Source of the DNA: a virus
Lineage: Duplodnaviria > Caudoviricetes
DNA length: 64,000 bases
IMG/VR virus record: IMGVR_UViG_3300037067_018433
Strand: one strand, 5' to 3'
In this document: one piece after another, positions 20,401 through 28,477 of the stretch
Layout: each line of letters opens with the position of its first letter
Numbering within the stretch: the first letter of the stretch is position 1
The notes under the pieces: generated by a model
Database searches by the model: none
What the model was told of the DNA's origin: nothing
The model's input: only the letters and a program-made list of their open reading frames with translations
Position numbers and translations under genes: made by a program

Positions 20401-21908
20401 TCGACTACATCGACGACCCCGAGTGGTGGGTCGGGCTGCGTAGCATCGGAGTGATCACCGAGCCTGAGAAGATCCACAAGTTCGGGGTGTTCCTCGACGC
20501 GCGCTACGCCAACATGGCGTTGGTGGCCCCCGTCATCAACTTCGTGCTCGACTTCAAGAAGACGCACACCTACCCGATCTTCGCCCTGCTGCAGCGCCTC
20601 ACCACCACCATAGAGATCAGCGACTTGGTGGAGACGACCGTGACCCTCTGTCTCAAGACGCACTTGTGGGATCATGCGGCTCCCCCCATCTTGGACTACC
20701 CGCGGCTGGGCTCGGGTGTGCGTGTGTCTACCGCTGGAACCGGCACGCGGAACGAGGATCTGATCTTCCGTATGGCCACCTCCGGGGATAGCGGGTACAC
20801 CATCGCGCTCCGTGCGGCAGCCGCGCTCAACGCGACCGCCGTCGGGAATGCCCTCACGTTGGAGTTCGTTCGGGGAGTGACCACGTCGGCGGCGGCCATG
20901 GCGTTCTGGAACCTGCTGCCCGCGCCATGGAACAAGGTAGTCGCTCTCCTGCCCGTGGGGTCCACAGGTCTCGGTACCATCGACGACGAGTTCGGTCCGG
21001 TGCACGCCAATCACCGTGGGCTGTACCAGGTGCACATCGACGACGAGGCTTCCGGCGCGGCGCTGGACGACTTCACATGCTCGATCGAGGACTGGTCACT
21101 GGGGGTGAACACCGTCATCGACGGCAACTACGGAGCGGCGCACAACATCATCGACGTGGTCACAACCACCGGTTTCTACCACCAGATCAAGGTGGACGTG
21201 GCGACGTGGCACCAGTTCTGCGACGCGAGCATTCCTGCACAGACCGACATCATTGCGTCGACGCATTGGTTGATCTTCTACACGCCCGCCGGTGTCTACC
21301 GGACCGAGGGGCGGGTCGTTGGGGTTCTGGGTCCGAGCGCGGGCTTCTGGAACGACGGTTCGGACAGCTGGGTCGACGTCGAGATCGACCCGGCGCTGGC
21401 CGCGCCCCAGGTGGGCGACTGGTTCGCCGTCTACCGCGGACCGCCCGTCGGTCGGGTGATGGACTGGATGACGAACGGGCCCATCGCGGCGAACGCCGAC
21501 ATCTTCCTCGGGCCGCTGGTTGGGGACAACGAGATCACCGGGTCGGTCGTCAACCCGGCGCACCCCGACTACCAGATCAGCGTCGCGGGGGGTGCGGCGC
21601 CCGTACCCCGCTTCTTCTACACTGTGGCTGTCGGGTGGTCGGTGCTGCGCCCGAACATCGACTACTTCATGTACTACGACGCCAATGGCTCGTTCCTCGG
21701 CATCGCTGAGCTGCTCAGCGTGGACGGGGTGAACGACGTGACCGTTCGCGTGCGCCCCACCACCAACGCCCAGCCGCCGGTGGGCGGGTACTTCGTTGTC
21801 GTACGTCGGCCGCTGCACACCGACATGACGCCGGACTACATCCGGCACTTCTCGGCCTTCGGTCTTGGAATCGACGGGCAGTTCCTGAAGCAGACGGTTA
21901 GTGTATAG
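17487..21908 (+). CDS. Large baseplate/tail protein with PKD-like domain
   Basis: PVANAGPD...DG..SYDPD..LTYAW PKD motif; 1473 aa. Confidence 0.75.
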   Translation: MIPKTPEWPTLAFTPGLNIGATGFGWVVAGTEGLEWAANPAGAFGVDYGPSLGPGGPDTEIFCLTAAAFPGNVRMLSVPNAALEPLVDGWVAEVVVEGPVPAVEAPSVTIGCAGTTGAFAIGGMGKVEFAPGPNIWQVSIWEFGTGWVLLNILTLAYPFSVKIVRNAGETAYRLYVDGVYQGEREEGNLAANLDWLFMGNPRVGVMCESTNVGALFHITSWLVGPAGIRPVANAGPDKVLPLNRILGFDGGASYDPDDGDLTYAWKLVRAPSGSVHVYEGTGAIGGSSITFVSAGITTEVAVGDILLIEGEEYEITGTLPPNTVYVDRALPAGYAGPFVVALQSLVVGPTTRFFAFAPDLVGLYVARLVVVDDAGLYSSADLAVANVVGSTVPMRVPLDMGFLWSYLADFWRTVENREWATDVWVALARIVGSQLQDLWNIDFDKSLQTTQNVVMRRWLEYPPRLDFNKADAPVFVSRLRSMLGDTRYTQAMIDGLILPFDFTFTLTFYLSTGAVVVPITAPMNTVVKDVPAVLNAGFAAAGYPNVHFQFREIEEELPTVPMVAQFKMTCVSPDCYTEIGVVPAFFTATSNVFRGTYGLVVGDRTVRLSPGPTFPAPDGDLDLDGIVKVGDILNLGGRSFNIVAVSNYRTVDPTTGLPAWPYYKYLEVEVDGDLPAGIYYWAIPSYWKTVVTDWKAEGLTPGDRVYFDRRPVTDPSGPSTLVAVDCYGAGADKLCTTAAAMFYADYVYTPSYAHRYFYLPTDASVLSVPTLQEAPESPTWIMQEFLHYIVDERRDGRYVVLNHREEPVNEMLTGWVRDRTGPVDSAEFLPEQLWAEITHVDNRDTIEANFGRRVAAWVADYAAADSNYLSIVTGLWLVYSQGPTPLNIERAVGIISSVPYAEAAGTILDLVQDFLPGRTFMLIRDTDQSSVVRSYVFPTGSGPSINPATGVAYTIGDSVPRFALLVSTQLYFDYIDDPEWWVGLRSIGVITEPEKIHKFGVFLDARYANMALVAPVINFVLDFKKTHTYPIFALLQRLTTTIEISDLVETTVTLCLKTHLWDHAAPPILDYPRLGSGVRVSTAGTGTRNEDLIFRMATSGDSGYTIALRAAAALNATAVGNALTLEFVRGVTTSAAAMAFWNLLPAPWNKVVALLPVGSTGLGTIDDEFGPVHANHRGLYQVHIDDEASGAALDDFTCSIEDWSLGVNTVIDGNYGAAHNIIDVVTTTGFYHQIKVDVATWHQFCDASIPAQTDIIASTHWLIFYTPAGVYRTEGRVVGVLGPSAGFWNDGSDSWVDVEIDPALAAPQVGDWFAVYRGPPVGRVMDWMTNGPIAANADIFLGPLVGDNEITGSVVNPAHPDYQISVAGGAAPVPRFFYTVAVGWSVLRPNIDYFMYYDANGSFLGIAELLSVDGVNDVTVRVRPTTNAQPPVGGYFVVVRRPLHTDMTPDYIRHFSAFGLGIDGQFLKQTVSV

Positions 21909-21918
21909 TGGAGGCACC

Positions 21919-22671
21919 ATGCGTGTTGCGACCCGTACGAAGATCATGAGCAACGTCCACATCTGGGCCGAGGATCTCTTCGGCAATCGGGTGTACGACG
22001 TCAAGCGGCACAACTGCTTCCTCGACAACGGCCACACGTGGCTCTCCCAGGTTCTGGCCTACAACACGGCGGGCTACGTGCGCGCCGATCCGCCGCCGGA
22101 TGTGGAGCCGGACGTTGGGGCCCCTGGTCCCTACGAGCGGACGTTGGCCGCTCCCGTCACGACCGCCGCCATCAACATGCCGTACCTCCCGTTCTACATC
22201 GGGCTCGGTGTGGGCGGGAACCAGCAGTCGGGGCCGATGCCCGTGGACGTGGACCCCCAGTATCCGGGGACCAACGTGCAGTCGGACGCCGACCCGACGG
22301 TGCCCGGTCTCGAGCGCCCGGTGCGCGTCACGACCGACGGCGCGACCTGGGCCCGTTGGCTGAACCCGGTCGTGGTGACGATTCCCGGTCCGCTGCCCTA
22401 CACCTACACGCGCTTCACCTCCACGTTCGCGGTCGGCGATATCAACACCGGTACCAAGATCGGTGGTGGCGACTACGCTAACGTCCCGCTGGCGGAAGCC
22501 GCGATGTACTACTGGACCAACGCGCCGGATTCGGCGTCATTGGACTACATTCCCCCGAACCCCCCGCTGGCCTTCGTCCAGGGCCAGGCCATTGCCTACG
22601 ATACGTTCCCCACGCTCAACAAGACAGCGGCCTTGGTGGTCGTCGTGCAGTGGGATCTCATCCACGTCTAG
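21919..22671 (+). CDS. Tail/baseplate structural protein
   Basis: SD GGAGG; HN..LD.G...YIGLGVG...EAAMY...FPTLNKT pattern of fibre-attachment proteins. Confidence 0.7.
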   Translation: MRVATRTKIMSNVHIWAEDLFGNRVYDVKRHNCFLDNGHTWLSQVLAYNTAGYVRADPPPDVEPDVGAPGPYERTLAAPVTTAAINMPYLPFYIGLGVGGNQQSGPMPVDVDPQYPGTNVQSDADPTVPGLERPVRVTTDGATWARWLNPVVVTIPGPLPYTYTRFTSTFAVGDINTGTKIGGGDYANVPLAEAAMYYWTNAPDSASLDYIPPNPPLAFVQGQAIAYDTFPTLNKTAALVVVVQWDLIHV

Positions 22672-22680
22672 GAGGACCGC

Positions 22681-25485
22681 ATGCCGCGCACCAACTACCC
22701 GTTCCCCGCTCTCGGTACCCTGCACTGGCGGACTCGCCACACGTTCACCGGTGACACGACGCCCCCCAGCCGCGCCGGCGGTGTGCCGTCGCTTTCGACA
22801 CGAGTTCCGTTCCTCGAGACGGGGACGAGTGGTGACGGTGGTGGACTTCACGTTGCCACCACGCGCGCTATCGGTATGGGAGAGGACCCCCGAAGCAGCG
22901 TCTTCAATCGTCCGCTCTACGACCTGGCGTGCAGCCTCGACATCCTGATGGAGAAGGACTCGGCGGAGCTGGAGATCCTGACGTCCGCCGCCGTCGTGTC
23001 GGGTGGGGCCCCCGACTACCTCGTTGACGTGGTTGCGTGTTTCGTTCCCGATCCGGTCATCTACCTTGGCCCCGCTGGTACGACGGCTGTCGGCGGTGCG
23101 GATCCCGAGAAGTGGTGCAGCAACTACATCAAGGTGTGGGGACCGGGAGCCACGGGTCCGGCCATCGATCCCATCACCGGGCAGCCGTTCCAGGTCATGG
23201 ACGTCCGCAACATGCTCACCGGGTTGGTCAGCGTCTACGCGAACCACCCGACGAACACCCAGGTCTACCCGTTCGGAACTCCTGGTGTGATGACCAGCGT
23301 GGTGGGGACCGCCGTCCAGTTCTACACGCTTGCCGGGGGTGACGCGCCGCCCGTGGGCACGGCTGCCTCCCCGAACTACCAGGCGTTCTTCAACTACACG
23401 CTCTTCGAGCGCAACCTGGCGACCAACCCGACCCTCACCACGCCGTACGCCACGTGCGCCAGCTGGGCCGGCGCGCTGCCCGCGACCTACACGATGGATC
23501 GTGACGTGCAGGCGTTGGGCTGGCTGGCGGGGGACGTCGTCTACCTGTCCCACTTCATGTACGCACCGCAGATCTCCATGTCCGGGAACTACGCGCCGGG
23601 TGTGGAGACCGCGCTGCTCCACGGCACGCCGGCGCTGGCTGCTTTCGGCGCGAGCTACCGGTTCATGGACCTGCTCCGGTTTTCGGACACCACCATCCTG
23701 CCGATGCCACTCGAGGTGACCGAACCGCCCGCGGCTACCATGGGATCCTTCGACTACGCCAATGCCCTCATCAGGGCGGTCGACGGTGCGATGACCGGGA
23801 CTATCGGCTTCGATTTCCGGGGGGGTTCTGATCGCGACATCCCCGGTGGCGGAACGGACACGGACGACGCGTACGCCGGGTTCATGCACCGGAAGCTCAT
23901 GAGCTTCGGCAGCCCGCTAAACACCGAACTCGCGACGGACGACGGCGTGTCGTGGGCCGGCAGTACCGTCACGCTGACCGGGTTCCCCGTCTCCCACTTC
24001 TACGGGGCGGCGCCCGCCAACTCGCATGTTCTCTTGGGCGTGGACATGATCGAGTTGACGACGGCCGCCGGCGTGACCATCGGCCTGTACGTCATTGACG
24101 GTGTGGGCGGGGTGGGTGCCACCTGCAACATCGCCAACCTCGATGGATCTGTTCCTGTGCTGGGTGCCGACAACGGAACGATGCGTGTCTACCGCCCGCA
24201 GTTCCGTACGGGCATCTGGGATTCGGCAGGCGTGCTTGCCGGGCGGTTTGGCGGGACGCTGTTTGTCGGAGACGAGTTCGATACTGACATCTACGCGGCG
24301 GTCGGCGCGCTGTCTGTTGGTGCGTCGGACATCTTCACGGGCTGGAACTCCCCTCTTCCCCGTGATCTGAACGTGGCGATGGACGCATCCGTTGTGCCGC
24401 GATTCCGCGTGCTGTACACCGGGGGTCTTCAACTCGCCGGCGCCTACGACGGCGCCTCCCAGATGTACACCGAGGTCAGCGGCGGGCCGCTTGCGGCTCC
24501 GACATGGAACGGCGCAGGCACCTCGTGGACGACCGACTTGGGCACTTCGCTCACGGGAGCAGCAAAGCCCTGGAATGGTCGGCATCTGTACCTCCACTCA
24601 TTGGACGCCAACGGCGGTGACGACTCGGTGTACACGCAGCTCAGCGTGACGGCGGGTCCTGTTGCCGGTCTTGGTGGTGCAGAGCACGCCGGTGTTTGGA
24701 TGGGGTTCCCGGGTGTCGCCTACCCGCTAGGTGCCACTGTCGGCGCCGGTGATCGTAACGCAGGTTTCGTCTTCTCCCGAAACACTGGGGCGTTCATGGA
24801 GCTCAGTGCCGGGATCACTACGGCAGCACCAGCACTCCTTCGTCGATACACGTTGCGCCAGACACCCACGAACCGCAATCCTCCAGCAACCTTCGCGTCG
24901 CCCGCACGCCTTGAGATGGACACGTCGACATCCATCGGTTGGGAGGTCGAGAAGACTTTCTACCAGAACATCGTCATCTCGGAAGGGCAATCCTGTGCTG
25001 TGGGGAACTGGACTTACGGACAGGACGCCGGTGGTTTCGCTGTCTGGTTCAGGGCGGGTGCCGGCGACGCTACCGAGCTGAATGACTCCATCGACTTCCC
25101 TTTCAACATTCCGGCTGGTGCGACGATCACCGCCGTTGACGTGAAGTACGGGCACAGCAACGGGTATGTCGGTGGGGGCGGGTCTCGACTGCCGCTTGTT
25201 TATGTTCGGCGCGAGGATCCGAACATGGCGGTAAGCGCGGGGGTGCCGAGTGCCCGAGTCGAGCTTCTGGCCGCCGGCTCTTGGCCCGGAATTGGTGTAG
25301 GAGGGGCGGGGTGGCACTGGCAGGTGATTCCGTACGTTCCTGATCAAAACGCGTTGGTAGACAACAGCCTGTACCAGTACTCAGTTCGTGTTGCTTGCCT
25401 CTACGACGCAGGCGCAGGCGTTGCTGCTCATGAGATCGCAGGGATACGAATCACGTACACGTGTGTGGATCTGTTGCCCGCATAG
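22681..25485 (+). CDS. Putative tail fibre/receptor-binding protein
   Basis: SD AGGAGG; 934 aa, Gly/Thr-rich; last large gene of the tail operon. Confidence 0.65.
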   Translation: MPRTNYPFPALGTLHWRTRHTFTGDTTPPSRAGGVPSLSTRVPFLETGTSGDGGGLHVATTRAIGMGEDPRSSVFNRPLYDLACSLDILMEKDSAELEILTSAAVVSGGAPDYLVDVVACFVPDPVIYLGPAGTTAVGGADPEKWCSNYIKVWGPGATGPAIDPITGQPFQVMDVRNMLTGLVSVYANHPTNTQVYPFGTPGVMTSVVGTAVQFYTLAGGDAPPVGTAASPNYQAFFNYTLFERNLATNPTLTTPYATCASWAGALPATYTMDRDVQALGWLAGDVVYLSHFMYAPQISMSGNYAPGVETALLHGTPALAAFGASYRFMDLLRFSDTTILPMPLEVTEPPAATMGSFDYANALIRAVDGAMTGTIGFDFRGGSDRDIPGGGTDTDDAYAGFMHRKLMSFGSPLNTELATDDGVSWAGSTVTLTGFPVSHFYGAAPANSHVLLGVDMIELTTAAGVTIGLYVIDGVGGVGATCNIANLDGSVPVLGADNGTMRVYRPQFRTGIWDSAGVLAGRFGGTLFVGDEFDTDIYAAVGALSVGASDIFTGWNSPLPRDLNVAMDASVVPRFRVLYTGGLQLAGAYDGASQMYTEVSGGPLAAPTWNGAGTSWTTDLGTSLTGAAKPWNGRHLYLHSLDANGGDDSVYTQLSVTAGPVAGLGGAEHAGVWMGFPGVAYPLGATVGAGDRNAGFVFSRNTGAFMELSAGITTAAPALLRRYTLRQTPTNRNPPATFASPARLEMDTSTSIGWEVEKTFYQNIVISEGQSCAVGNWTYGQDAGGFAVWFRAGAGDATELNDSIDFPFNIPAGATITAVDVKYGHSNGYVGGGGSRLPLVYVRREDPNMAVSAGVPSARVELLAAGSWPGIGVGGAGWHWQVIPYVPDQNALVDNSLYQYSVRVACLYDAGAGVAAHEIAGIRITYTCVDLLPA

Positions 25486-25503
25486 CGGGCGGAGGAGGAA
25501 GAG

Positions 25504-25884
25504 ATGGACATTCGATTGCTTGTTGCTGTTGTGGCTGCCGCGGCCAGCGCGTGGTTGTTGATCGTCATCATCAGGAAGGTCCTGGATGCGATCGACAAGG
25601 CGACGGACGGCGTCTTCTACAAGAAGGGCTGGGTGAAGAAGACGGGGATCGTGCTGGACACGCTGCTTCCCATCCTGCCCTGCGTGCCGTCGGGCGGCTT
25701 GGCCCTGCTCATCATGAGCTTCTGGCCGCCGGACGCTCTGTGGAACAACAGCCTCCTGTACTTCTGCATCGGGGCGCTGGCCGGCGTGGTGGCCGCCCAG
25801 ATCTACCAGACCATCACCCGCGGGCTCGAGAAGTACGCCGAGCGCATCGTCGCCAAGACCCCCACCGATCCCCCCACTAGCTAA
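25504..25884 (+). CDS. Holin-like membrane protein
   Basis: 126 aa with about three hydrophobic helices, at the end of the tail operon. Confidence 0.55.
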   Translation: MDIRLLVAVVAAAASAWLLIVIIRKVLDAIDKATDGVFYKKGWVKKTGIVLDTLLPILPCVPSGGLALLIMSFWPPDALWNNSLLYFCIGALAGVVAAQIYQTITRGLEKYAERIVAKTPTDPPTS

Positions 25885-25916
25885 AAGAAACGGGGGTGCG
25901 GATCCCCCCGTTTCTT
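25885..25916. terminator. Bidirectional intrinsic terminator
   Basis: AAGAAACGGGGG / CCCCCGTTTCTT inverted repeat between convergent genes. Confidence 0.85.
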
Positions 25917-25933
25917 CGTACCCAGATACTGGG

Positions 25934-26791
25934 CTAGTCCAGGTACCGGATGCACAGGTTGTCGATGTCCGGGGATCCATCGAATCCGAACCCGTCGTCG
26001 CTCAGGGAGCCGTAGCCCCATTCGTCCGCGCCGACGGGTTCCCCGTTGAAGTAGTACGTGCTAGCGGTGCTCAGCACGTCACGCTCGAGCAGCACCCACT
26101 CGCCGTCGGCCCATGTTCCGACGCTGTCTGCAAGGGCGCTCCCCCCGATGTACACGTTGTGGTCCACCCGCAAGCTGAAGCCATCCGGGTGAATGCTGTG
26201 GAGTACTCCGGTACTGCCCTCCGGCCTCACTCGTACCGAGACCCGGAAGGAACGACCAAGCGGAATGGAGTACTCGGCGCTGCAGAAGATGGACAGCCCC
26301 TGGCCCTCGTAGCCGTCGGCGATGAGCTCGACGTTGGAGGGGGCTCCGCAGCCGGCGTCCACGGGGTTCACCGAACCCGTATCGGTCTCGAAGTCGACCC
26401 ACACGTCGCACTCGCAGTTGCCCAGACCCTCGTCCGTTCCGCCGTCGCAGTCGTCGTCCACGTCGTTGCAGGTCTCGGACGGCACGACGCACTCGTCTTC
26501 CCACCGGCAGAAGCCATCGCAGGACCGCGTACCGGGGGATCCACAGTCGGTGGTGCAGGTCGCCGGCGGCAGCCCGGGCTCGCAGTCCTCGCCGGGCTCG
26601 ACCAGGTCGTTGCCGCACTCGCTGCAGCCCTCGGCGCCCAGGCAGTCGCTGTCCGCGCAGTCGAGATACCCGTCGAGGTCGTTGTCGACCGCGTCGTGGC
26701 AGTCCAGCTCCGTCACCGGAGCATCGCTGTCGTCGGCCGTGGCCGAACCGCAACCGATCACCAGAACCGCCAGAACCATCAAGTTCTTCAT
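25934..26791 (-). CDS. Cys/Asp-rich lipoprotein with myxobacterial-type repeats
   Basis: Lipobox VIGC; CHDAVDNDLDGYLDCADSDC, CGNDLVEPGEDCE, ETCNDVDDDCDGGTDEG. Confidence 0.8.
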   Translation of the reverse strand: MKNLMVLAVLVIGCGSATADDSDAPVTELDCHDAVDNDLDGYLDCADSDCLGAEGCSECGNDLVEPGEDCEPGLPPATCTTDCGSPGTRSCDGFCRWEDECVVPSETCNDVDDDCDGGTDEGLGNCECDVWVDFETDTGSVNPVDAGCGAPSNVELIADGYEGQGLSIFCSAEYSIPLGRSFRVSVRVRPEGSTGVLHSIHPDGFSLRVDHNVYIGGSALADSVGTWADGEWVLLERDVLSTASTYYFNGEPVGADEWGYGSLSDDGFGFDGSPDIDNLCIRYLD

Positions 26792-26793
26792 GG

Positions 26794-27774
26794 CTACTCC
26801 TCTTCGTTGCTTGGGGCGTCGTCCTCGTACCGCTTTTCCGTCGGTACTAGGGGATCCACATCCTCCTTGTGTAGAATGATCCAAAGAAGGTTGTCGCACC
26901 TGTCTTTGCTACGCGAGCCACTGGCCAGCGCATCCAACGACGCGAGGCACTCCTTGACCCCTGCGTAGATGTCCTCGAACAGCTCGTTCGTAGGACAATC
27001 CTCGCTGAACTCCGTGGTCGACCAGATGGTGTCCAGACAGCTGACCGCGAACGCGTCCGCTTCGGGGGAGAGGTCACCGTTTTCCTTCCGCAGCTTCCGC
27101 ACGCCGCCCGCGTCAGGGATGCACACAAGACTCGGGCGCTGCTTCCACTCTTCCGCGTCCTTCTTCGCGCGCCGCGCTTTCGCCGCGCGCCGCTTTTCCC
27201 CTTGCGCCGCTTCTTCGGGATTCATGAAGACCTGATCTCGTGCGTCGAACTTGTCTTCGTGCTCCCATTTGATCCAGGGAATGGCCCACCCGGTGCACCG
27301 CAGTTGCTCTTCCAGGATATCCGCGAGCGCGAACGGCGTCACGTGTGCAACCGTGGCAACAGGGACAAGCTCGGTCTTTCCTACTTGTAGCTGGTAGGGG
27401 TTTCCTCCCTTCGCCGTTGCCGGCATGTTCCACGTCCGTAGAAGAAGGCCGCCATTGGTCGACACGTAGGTGTCCAGCCGCATGTCCCTCAGCTCTTCGA
27501 GGATGGAGAGCACACCAGAATCTATCGTCTCCAGGTCGGCAACCATCGCCGCTTCCACCTTGTGGATGTCCATCTTCTGAAGGTCCGAGATGAACTTGTT
27601 TCCGTCAGGAATCCAGTAGAGCTGGGGGAGTTCGTTTTCGGCTCCAGGCCACTCCCATTCGACGATCCGAGGGCCCACATTCTCCAGGGCCGCTATCATG
27701 TCCGACGTTCCGTAGAAGGACCCAGGAACCCTCGTCCAACTCCACTTCAGCTGCGCTACCTTCGTGCTTGCCAT
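26794..27774 (-). CDS. Hypothetical protein
   Basis: SD GAGGAG; 326 aa; lower GC3. Confidence 0.7.
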   Translation of the reverse strand: MASTKVAQLKWSWTRVPGSFYGTSDMIAALENVGPRIVEWEWPGAENELPQLYWIPDGNKFISDLQKMDIHKVEAAMVADLETIDSGVLSILEELRDMRLDTYVSTNGGLLLRTWNMPATAKGGNPYQLQVGKTELVPVATVAHVTPFALADILEEQLRCTGWAIPWIKWEHEDKFDARDQVFMNPEEAAQGEKRRAAKARRAKKDAEEWKQRPSLVCIPDAGGVRKLRKENGDLSPEADAFAVSCLDTIWSTTEFSEDCPTNELFEDIYAGVKECLASLDALASGSRSKDRCDNLLWIILHKEDVDPLVPTEKRYEDDAPSNEEE

Positions 27775-27805
27775 TTTTCTCCTCTGGCCTTGCGGCCGTC
27801 ACGTG

Positions 27806-28171
27806 CTATTGAAGCGGCTTCCCGTAGGGCTCCTCCCACGAGATGCTGTCCCTGAGCGCGATCAAGCGAGCGAGCTCCTCCTGTTTGTGGCGCAGCTGGT
27901 CCTCCAGCTGGTAGATGGCGTCACGAGCCGTGACGCACTGCAGGTGGATCACGGTCTTCCGCTCATCCCTCTTCGCCAGGGTCACGGTGGCGAAGCGGAA
28001 GGACCCCTCCAACTTGTCCCACTCCGTTCCCGAGACGAACAACATTCCGCTATCGAAGATGTCCTTCGACTCCTTCAGCGACAGGTTGTTTCTGAGCCTG
28101 TAGAGCGCATTGACCGCGCTGAGCTTGGTCGGGGGCTCGAGCTTCGACGCATCGTACGTCACCTTCAACAT
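27806..28171 (-). CDS. Hypothetical protein
   Basis: SD AAGGAGG; C-terminal coiled coil. Confidence 0.7.
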   Translation of the reverse strand: MLKVTYDASKLEPPTKLSAVNALYRLRNNLSLKESKDIFDSGMLFVSGTEWDKLEGSFRFATVTLAKRDERKTVIHLQCVTARDAIYQLEDQLRHKQEELARLIALRDSISWEEPYGKPLQ

Positions 28172-28199
28172 CTGCTCCTCCTTTGGCCTTGCGGCCGAT

Positions 28200-28272
28200 C
28201 GGTCCGGTGAGCTGTCGGATGATAGCCGTGGAGGTCAGGGGAACCGACTAACCCCGACAGCTCACCGGACCG
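28200..28272. repeat. 19-bp perfect inverted repeat in a putative 5' leader
   Basis: CGGTCCGGTGAGCTGTCGG / CCGACAGCTCACCGGACCG. Confidence 0.85.
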
Positions 28273-28362
28273 GGGGACCCGACGGGTCCCCTGTACGGTC
28301 CGGAGAGGAAGCGGACGAGATGGGGCCCTTACGGCGAATCCATAGCTTCCTCTGTTCATTGA

Positions 28363-28394
28363 TCTTATGCCAAATCGAGCCTTCTCGTTTTCGC
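28363..28394 (-). promoter_or_regulatory. Putative phage-specific promoter
   Basis: GCGAAAA-N16-GGCATAAGA, one of four copies before minus-strand operons. Confidence 0.7.
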
Positions 28395-28407
28395 TTCCGG
28401 GCCTGGT

Positions 28408-28436
28408 TTTCACCGACAACCCCCCGGTGGTACGCT
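28408..28436 (+). promoter_or_regulatory. Sigma70-like extended -10 promoter
   Basis: TTTCAC-N17-TACGCT with TG extension. Confidence 0.5.
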
Positions 28437-28477
28437 GGAACTATCAACACGGCGCACAGCGCCTGAAGGAGCAAACC

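Noticed and set aside
12658-21035. Very long minus-strand ORFs (1292 aa, 974 aa) and similar shadow ORFs elsewhere
   Set aside because: Antisense mirrors of high-GC3 genes with Arg/Gly/Val-biased composition and no motifs
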